From: Gallionellaceae bacterium
GTDB taxonomy: Bacteria > Pseudomonadota > Gammaproteobacteria > Burkholderiales > Gallionellaceae
Reading direction: 5' to 3'
Assembly (NCBI GenBank): GCA_003445795.1
Contig: DMCN01000066.1
Location: 23,294 to 85,056 of the forward strand
DNA: 61,763 bases
The position numbers were made by a program, and so were the translations under genes. This document shows positions 55,682 through 61,763 of the stretch, one piece after another (the first letter of the stretch is position 1; the number at the start of each line of letters is the position of its first letter). The notes under the pieces are model-generated. The model ran no database searches, was not told the DNA's origin, and saw nothing but the letters and a program-made list of their open reading frames with translations.

Positions 55682-57115
55682 TTATGCTTTAGCGGGAACG
55701 GAACCGGCAGAGCGCGTAGCGCCTGCACGACTCACGGTCATCACGATGTTGTAGAGAGCAATCAGGGTACCGACGTGGAAGATCAGGCCGCCGACTGCAC
55801 GCATCGCGTAGTACGGATGCATCGCGGAAACCGATTCAACGAAGGTATAGGTCAGAGTGCCGTACTCGTCATAATCACGCCACATCAGACCCTGCATGAT
55901 GCCGGAAACCCACATCGCCACGACATACACCACGGTACCGATAGTCGCCAACCAGAAGTGGACGTTCACCAGGCTCTCGGAGTACATCTTTTCCACGCCC
56001 CACAGTTTCTTGATCATGTGGTACATCGCGCCGTAGGCAACCATCGCCATCCAGCCCAGAGCGCCGGAGTGCACGTGACCAACTGTCCAGTCGGTGTAGT
56101 GCGACAGAGCGTTAACGGACTTGATGGACATCACCGGGCCTTCAAAGGTGGACATCGCGTAGAACGCCAGAGCCACAACCAGGAAGCGCAGGATGTAGTC
56201 GGTACGCAGCTTGTCCCATGCGCCGGACAAAGTCATCATACCGTTCATCGCACCGCCCCAAGACGGGATAATCATCGCCAGAGAGACAGCGGCACCGAGG
56301 GAGCCGGTCCAGTCAGGCAAAGCAGTGTATTGCAGGTGGTGCGCGCCCAGCCAGACATAGCCGAACGTCAGCGCCCAGAAGTGCAACACGGACAGACGAT
56401 AGGAGAACACCGGACGTTGAGCTTGCTTAGGCACGAAGTAGTACATGATGCCCAGGAAGCCGCCAGTCAGGTAGAAACCCACCGCGTTGTGCCCCCACCA
56501 CCATTGCACCATAGCGTCTTGAACGCCGGTGAACACGGAGAAGGAGTTGGTCATGCTGACCGGGATTGCCAAGCTGTTGACCACGTGCAGATAAGTGATC
56601 ATCACGATCATGCCCATGGTGAACCAGTTGGAAACATAGATATGCGAAGTCTTGCGGATCGCCACGGTCATCAGATGGTTCAGGCCGAAGGACAACCAGA
56701 CTACTGCAATCGCGATATCGATCGGCCATTCCAGTTCGGCGTATTCCTTGCCGGTAGTCAGACCCAGCGGCAAAGTGACAACTGCCGAGACGATGATCAG
56801 GTTCCAGCCCCAGAATGTGAACCAAGCCAGACCATTGCTCCACAGCTTGGTGCTACCGGTGCGCTGCACCATGTAGAAACCGGTCGCCATCAGGACACAG
56901 CCGCCGAACGCGAAGATCACTGCGTTGGTATGCAACGGACGCAGACGCCCGAAAGTGATGTATTCAAGGTCAAAGTTCAAAAACGGCCAAGCCAATTCCG
57001 ATGCGATATACACACCGATCAGCGTACCTACCACTGCATAGATGGCAGCCGCGATGGTGAACCATCGGACGACTTCCATATCGTACTTTACTGGTGTCGC
57101 TTGCGTAGCTTCCAC
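55682..57115 (-). CDS. ccoN: cbb3 oxidase subunit I
   Basis: GTG at 57115 after GAGGAG; 'FGRLRPLHT', '[11 protein letters not shown]', 'GAHHLQY', '[10 protein letters not shown]'. Confidence 0.97.
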   Translation of the reverse strand: MEATQATPVKYDMEVVRWFTIAAAIYAVVGTLIGVYIASELAWPFLNFDLEYITFGRLRPLHTNAVIFAFGGCVLMATGFYMVQRTGSTKLWSNGLAWFTFWGWNLIIVSAVVTLPLGLTTGKEYAELEWPIDIAIAVVWLSFGLNHLMTVAIRKTSHIYVSNWFTMGMIVMITYLHVVNSLAIPVSMTNSFSVFTGVQDAMVQWWWGHNAVGFYLTGGFLGIMYYFVPKQAQRPVFSYRLSVLHFWALTFGYVWLGAHHLQYTALPDWTGSLGAAVSLAMIIPSWGGAMNGMMTLSGAWDKLRTDYILRFLVVALAFYAMSTFEGPVMSIKSVNALSHYTDWTVGHVHSGALGWMAMVAYGAMYHMIKKLWGVEKMYSESLVNVHFWLATIGTVVYVVAMWVSGIMQGLMWRDYDEYGTLTYTFVESVSAMHPYYAMRAVGGLIFHVGTLIALYNIVMTVSRAGATRSAGSVPAKA

Positions 57116-57357
57116 AGTAGTCTCCTCCTCGAGCAAGTTAACAATAAATGCGCTGAAACACCCACGGTTGTCGGGCATTCCCACCGCACCCTTCCCTTAC
57201 AGCTTTCTTACAGTCTTCAAAACGCGGCAAATTGTCGCAGGGGTTCCGCGACAAGTAAAGGCAAACTTGGTTCCGAAACCCTGCATACCCAAGCTTTTGG
57301 CTCGGGTTAGCCGATCGCCGAGTGCGGCGATCTTAGTTAAAACCCACAAGTTCAAGA

Positions 57358-57371
57358 TTGATATGAATCAA
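57358..57371. promoter_or_regulatory. Perfect FNR box upstream of ccoN
   Basis: TTGAT-ATGA-ATCAA. Confidence 0.85.
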
Positions 57372-57646
57372 CTCTTGCGCATGCATGTATCGAGTCTGGT
57401 TAGGCACCGAATTTTAGTGCGGTCGCAGAGTGCGAAGATGCGTTCAGATGGCATCAATTGAAAGAAGACTCCGCTTGTGTTCTGCTTCAGGCTCATGCTT
57501 TTATGAACAAAAATGTCGTCGCGCGCCAGACCTCCCCCTGCTAGATCCGGCTCTCCACATCCGGTTGCGCATGCCAACCGAACGGCCAAGCGAGGGCCCT
57601 GTTTCGACCGAACCGCGCCCTCTTCACTTGCGCCGCCCTGACGACA

Positions 57647-57661
57647 CTGCCATGATGGCAG
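57647..57661. promoter_or_regulatory. Dyad CTGCCA-N3-TGGCAG upstream of the sigma54 activator (autoregulatory site)
   Basis: Same dyad as 59016-59030. Confidence 0.6.
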
Positions 57662-57687
57662 CGTTTGTCACTTTTGCAGATGCCGTC

Positions 57688-58989
57688 ATGAAATTCCCGC
57701 TGCTTCCCGAACTGGTTTCATTCATCGACACGCTTCCGGAACCCCATATCCTGTGCGACCGCCAATATCGGGTTCTGGCGGCGAACACGGCTTACAGGCG
57801 CAGCTTCGGGGAGAACCAGGTCTTCACCGGTCGTACCTGTTTCGATATCTCCCACCACTTCAAGGTGCCTTGTGATCAGGCAGGCGAGACCTGCCCGGTC
57901 AAGCAGAGCCTGCGTTCAGGCCAGCGGGAGCGCGTACTGCACCTGCACCAGACTCCGCAAGGTGAAGCCTACGTCAACATCGAGCTGTCCCCGATACGCG
58001 ACGGCAAAGGCGATATCGTCTACTTCATCGAGAAGATGGAGCCCGTTGCAGTAGCGCGCGGCTTGTCATATGCCCAGGGGCTGGTCGGGCGTGCGCCTGC
58101 TTTCCAGCACATGCTGGAGATGGTGGCGCGGGTGGCCCCTTCGGAAGCCACCGTATTGTTGCTGGGGGAATCGGGCACAGGCAAGGAACTCGTGGCGAAA
58201 GCGATACATGACGCCAGCCGGCGGGCGGAGAAGCCGTTCGTGGCGCTGGACTGTTCCGGCCTCACCGAGACGCTGTTCGAAAGCGAATTGTTCGGTCATG
58301 AGCGCGGCGCTTTCACCGGCGCCACCTCCAGAAGCGTCGGCCTGGTCGAAGCGGCCAGAGGCGGGACCTTATTCCTTGATGAGGTGGGCGACATCCCGCT
58401 GGCGATGCAGGTCAAGCTTCTGCGCCTGCTGGAAACCGGAACCTACCGGCGAGTCGGCTCGGCCGATCCGCACAAGGCCGATATCAGACTGGTCTCGGCG
58501 ACACACCGCAACCTGCGCAAAATGGTGACTGATGGCAGCTTCCGGCAAGACCTCTACTTCCGTCTCAGCACCTTCCCCGTCGAACTTCCACCCCTGCGCG
58601 AGCGGCCGACCGACATCCCGTTGCTGGCAAAATCCCTGCTCTCTCGTGTCGCGGCAGACCGGAACCTGGTCATTTCCGCCGATGCGCTCAAATTGCTCGG
58701 GCACTACGACTATCCCGGCAATGTGCGCGAACTGCGCAACATCATCGAGCGCGCCAGCCTGCTATGCGACGGCGAAGAGATCCAGCCCATGCACTTGCCC
58801 GAGGAAGTGCGCAGCGGGCGCATCTGGCGCGAAACCCCGGTCGGCCTGTCGCCCAACCTGAGAGAACTGGAACACCAGACCCTGGAGATCCGGCTCGCAC
58901 AGCATCGTGGCAGCCGCAAGATGCTGGCTGCCGAACTCGGTATCAGCGAGAGAACGCTCTACCGCAGATTGAAGCTGCGCAGGGAATAA
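57688..58989 (+). CDS. PAS-AAA-HTH sigma54-dependent activator
   Basis: PAS with 'TCFDISH...[10 protein letters not shown]', [24 protein letters not shown]-terminal HTH; start uncertain (57652/57688). Confidence 0.92.
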   Translation: MKFPLLPELVSFIDTLPEPHILCDRQYRVLAANTAYRRSFGENQVFTGRTCFDISHHFKVPCDQAGETCPVKQSLRSGQRERVLHLHQTPQGEAYVNIELSPIRDGKGDIVYFIEKMEPVAVARGLSYAQGLVGRAPAFQHMLEMVARVAPSEATVLLLGESGTGKELVAKAIHDASRRAEKPFVALDCSGLTETLFESELFGHERGAFTGATSRSVGLVEAARGGTLFLDEVGDIPLAMQVKLLRLLETGTYRRVGSADPHKADIRLVSATHRNLRKMVTDGSFRQDLYFRLSTFPVELPPLRERPTDIPLLAKSLLSRVAADRNLVISADALKLLGHYDYPGNVRELRNIIERASLLCDGEEIQPMHLPEEVRSGRIWRETPVGLSPNLRELEHQTLEIRLAQHRGSRKMLAAELGISERTLYRRLKLRRE

Positions 58990-58995
58990 CCCCAT

Positions 58996-59036
58996 CTGCC
59001 AGCATGTCGATTTATCTGCCAGAATGGCAGATAAAT
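58996..59036. promoter_or_regulatory. Upstream activator sequence candidate
   Basis: ATTTATCTGCCA-GAA-TGGCAGATAAAT (59010-59036) plus half-site CTGCCA at 58996; ~100 bp before the -24. Confidence 0.65.
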
Positions 59037-59131
59037 CCGACTTTTCAATCCAGCCCGCGCTGCGGCATTTCGCCACAGCCGCTCCGGTAAACAGCAACGT
59101 AGATAAGCCTTTACAACTTAATCGTGCCGCA

Positions 59132-59147
59132 TGGCATGCGCCTTGCA
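59132..59147 (+). promoter_or_regulatory. sigma54 -24/-12 promoter
   Basis: TGGCAT-GCGCC-TTGCA; GG and GC exactly 12 nt apart. Confidence 0.8.
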
Positions 59148-59274
59148 ATGCAGAGTGCAAGGAAGCGGCCACATCGTTGCCGCCGGAATGGTCAGTGTGA
59201 CTCCTCTCGCCAGCAGTACCTGCCCGCAGCTTCGAAATCCCCGCTTCCGCCCATTACCCACTCCGGAGGATGTC

Positions 59275-59688
59275 ATGCGTATCGCAGTCACCAGTCAGAA
59301 CTACCGCACCGTCACCGGCCATGCCGGACGCGCACGCCGTTTCATCGTATTCGAAACCGAAGGACAAGAACCGCCGCGGGAGATCAATCGGCTCGATCTG
59401 GACGCCAACATGGCCATCCACGGCTTCGACCATACTGCCGGCCACCCTCTGGACAGCATGAATGTGCTGATCACCGGCGGCGCCGGTGATGGCTTTGTCC
59501 GCCACCTTGCCGCACGCGGCGTACTGGTGGTGGCAACCGACGAGAGCGACCCCATCCTTGCGGTGCAGGCCTTTCTTGCCGGACGCATGAGATCGGCCAG
59601 CGACGGCTGCAACCACGACCACAGCGATCTTGAAGGCGGCGCCCACTCACACGATGCGCGGGGACAAACATGCGACTGCCATGGCTGA
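59275..59688 (+). CDS. NifB/NifX-family protein with a His/Cys-rich tail
   Basis: GGAGG RBS; 'IAVTSQN..TVTGHAGRARRFIVF', 'VLITGGAGDGF...L..RG'. Confidence 0.85.
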   Translation: MRIAVTSQNYRTVTGHAGRARRFIVFETEGQEPPREINRLDLDANMAIHGFDHTAGHPLDSMNVLITGGAGDGFVRHLAARGVLVVATDESDPILAVQAFLAGRMRSASDGCNHDHSDLEGGAHSHDARGQTCDCHG

Positions 59689-59879
59689 AACGCGGCCCCG
59701 CCGCTAGCCGCAAGATGCTGGGGCGCGAGATCGCGCTCACGCTGGCGATCAAGCTGTTGCTGCTCTATGGCATCTGGCATGTCTTCTTCAGCCATCCCGT
59801 TCTGCACAGCATGATCGAAGGCATGGAACCAGACCGGGTCGCAGCCAGGCTGGTCACGGCATCTGACGCCGCAAAATAA
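59670..59879 (+). CDS. Putative cytochrome bd small subunit (CydP-like)
   Basis: '[25 protein letters not shown]' directly before cydA. Confidence 0.75.
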   Translation: MRLPWLKRGPAASRKMLGREIALTLAIKLLLLYGIWHVFFSHPVLHSMIEGMEPDRVAARLVTASDAAK

Positions 59880-59907
59880 ATACCTAACCTCACCAGGAGA
59901 ACATCTG

Positions 59908-61479
59908 ATGATCACCGAACAAATCGTGGACCTGTCACGGCTGCAATTCGCCGCCACGGCCTTCTATCACTTCCTGTTCGTGCCCCTGACGCTGGGCCTT
60001 TCATTCCTGCTGGCCATCATGGAGACCGTGTATGTGATGACCGGCAAAGAGATCTACCGCGACATGACCAAGTTCTGGGGCAAGCTGTTCGGCATCAACT
60101 TCGCCCTCGGCGTCACCACCGGCATCACCATGGAATTCCAGTTCGGCACCAACTGGGCCTACTACTCGCACTACGTCGGCGACGTGTTCGGCGCGCCGCT
60201 GGCCATTGAGGGCCTGATGGCGTTCTTCCTCGAATCCACCTTCATCGGCCTGTTCTTCTTCGGCTGGGACAAACTGTCCAAGCGCAGGCATCTGCTGATC
60301 ACCTACCTCACCGCCATCGGTTCCAACCTGTCAGCGGTATGGATCCTCATCGCCAACGGCTGGATGCAGAATCCGGTCGGTTCCGAATTCAGCTGGGTGA
60401 CCATGCGCATGGAAATGACCTCGTTCTGGGACTTGGTGTTCAATCCGGCAGCGCAGGCCAAGTTCGTGCACACCGTCTCCGCCGGTTACGTCACCGGCTC
60501 CATGTTCGTGCTCGGCATCAGCTCCTGGTACCTGCTCAAGGGTCGCGACATCGAGTTCGCCAAACGTTCCTTCCGCATCGCCGCTGCCTTCGGCTTCGCC
60601 TCGGCCTTGTCGGTGATCGTACTGGGAGACGAATCCGGCTACGCCGTGACCGAGCACCAGCAGACCAAACTCGCCGCCATGGAAGGCATGTGGAAGACCG
60701 AGGAAGCCCCGGCGCCCTTCACCCTGTTTGCCATTCCGGACGACGAAAAACGCGAGAACACAGCCGAGATCAAGATCCCCTACGCCCTCGGCCTGATCGC
60801 CACGCGCACGGCAACCAAGGTGCTGCCGGGCATAGACGAACTTGAAGCCCAGGCCGCCGAGCGCATCGCCAGCGGCATCATCGCGGTCAAGGCGCTCGAA
60901 CAATTGCGCGCCAGAACGGCCGACGAGGAAACCAAAGCGGTCTTCGAGGCACACAAGGCCGACCTCGGCTATGGACTGCTGCTGAAGAAATACACAAGCG
61001 ACGTGTCGCAGGCGACACCGGAGATGATCGCGCTGGCGGCACGCAGCACCATCCCCAAGGTCGCCCCCATGTTCTGGACTTTTCGCATAATGGTGGCACT
61101 GGGCTTCTCCTTCGCACTGCTGTTCGCACTGTCGTTCTGGTACTCGGCCAAGAACACCTTCCACGAAAAACGCTGGCTGTTGCGCTGGGCCTTGTGGTCC
61201 ATTCCGTTGCCGTGGATCGCCTCTGAGATGGGCTGGTTCGTGGCGGAATACGGTCGCCAGCCGTGGACCATCTTCGGCATTCTGCCCACGCACTTGTCCA
61301 CCTCGACGCTGACGGCCAACAGCCTGTACGGCTCCATCGCCGGTTTCCTGTTCTTCTATACCGGGCTGCTGATCGTGGAGATGTACCTGATGTTCAAGTA
61401 CGCGCGCCTGGGACCGGCCAGCCTCGGCACCGGCCGTTATAACGGCGAAACCGCGCCCGCCCTGAAACCCGCACATTGA
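59908..61479 (+). CDS. cydA: Cytochrome bd ubiquinol oxidase subunit I
   Basis: '[20 protein letters not shown]', 'MEFQFGTNW', 'KLAAMEG', 'EYGRQPW'. Confidence 0.97.
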   Translation: MITEQIVDLSRLQFAATAFYHFLFVPLTLGLSFLLAIMETVYVMTGKEIYRDMTKFWGKLFGINFALGVTTGITMEFQFGTNWAYYSHYVGDVFGAPLAIEGLMAFFLESTFIGLFFFGWDKLSKRRHLLITYLTAIGSNLSAVWILIANGWMQNPVGSEFSWVTMRMEMTSFWDLVFNPAAQAKFVHTVSAGYVTGSMFVLGISSWYLLKGRDIEFAKRSFRIAAAFGFASALSVIVLGDESGYAVTEHQQTKLAAMEGMWKTEEAPAPFTLFAIPDDEKRENTAEIKIPYALGLIATRTATKVLPGIDELEAQAAERIASGIIAVKALEQLRARTADEETKAVFEAHKADLGYGLLLKKYTSDVSQATPEMIALAARSTIPKVAPMFWTFRIMVALGFSFALLFALSFWYSAKNTFHEKRWLLRWALWSIPLPWIASEMGWFVAEYGRQPWTIFGILPTHLSTSTLTANSLYGSIAGFLFFYTGLLIVEMYLMFKYARLGPASLGTGRYNGETAPALKPAH

Positions 61480-61488
61480 GGAAAAATC

Positions 61489-61763
61489 ATGCTCGATTAT
61501 GAAACCCTGAAAATCATCTGGTGGCTGCTGGTCGGTGTGCTGCTGCTCGGCTTCGCCGTCATGGACGGCCACGACATGGGCGTCGGCACACTGCTGCCCT
61601 TCGTCGGCAAGAACGACGTGGAACGCCGCGTGGTCATCAACACCGTCGGCCCGCACTGGGACGGCAACCAGGTCTGGTTCATCACCGCGGGTGGCGCCAT
61701 ATTCGCCGCTTGGCCGCTGGTGTATGCGACAGCCTTCTCCGGCTTTTACTGGGCCATGCTGGC
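61489..61763 (+). CDS. cydB: Cytochrome bd subunit II (truncated by the window end)
   Basis: '[12 protein letters not shown]', 'MDGHDMGVG', '[11 protein letters not shown]'. Confidence 0.95.
   Translation, partial: MLDYETLKIIWWLLVGVLLLGFAVMDGHDMGVGTLLPFVGKNDVERRVVINTVGPHWDGNQVWFITAGGAIFAAWPLVYATAFSGFYWAML

Noticed and set aside
57313-57332. Riboswitch in the long ccoN leader
   Set aside because: Only one 8-bp hairpin is evident; no recognisable aptamer.

Overview
Positions 555-40410 are an apparently complete 39,856-bp transposable (Mu/B3-type) prophage. It has TG...CA ends and a 6-bp GGGGGC target duplication, and it sits inside a host palindromic repeat. Its layout is not Mu-like. Lysis, terminase, portal, gpF and gpG genes run leftward at the left end. 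The repressor/ner/transposase/Mor early module is central. Protease, capsid and a lambda-like non-contractile tail run rightward. Two identical 24-bp activator/promoter elements drive the two late arms. The best leads are: (i) signal-peptide-like N-termini on two predicted virion proteins, the major capsid protein and the first gene of a five-gene fibre-like module in the lysis-packaging arm; (ii) a MuF protein with a PBECR-like nuclease tail followed by a structured 87-nt spacer instead of an immunity gene; (iii) a gp49/66-family (probable Acb4-type anti-CBASS sponge) gene in the head operon; (iv) a PDZ-YbjQ fusion plus lipoprotein behind the repressor. The host DNA (40411-61763) looks like a microaerophilic betaproteobacterium (Gallionellaceae-like, an inference). 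It carries mutY, asmA, a nitronate monooxygenase-family gene, hemN, fnr, a complete cbb3 oxidase cluster with FNR boxes, and a sigma54 activator whose dyad sites and -24/-12 promoter precede a NifX-like/cydP/cydAB operon. All family assignments come from motif recognition and synteny; no searches were run.
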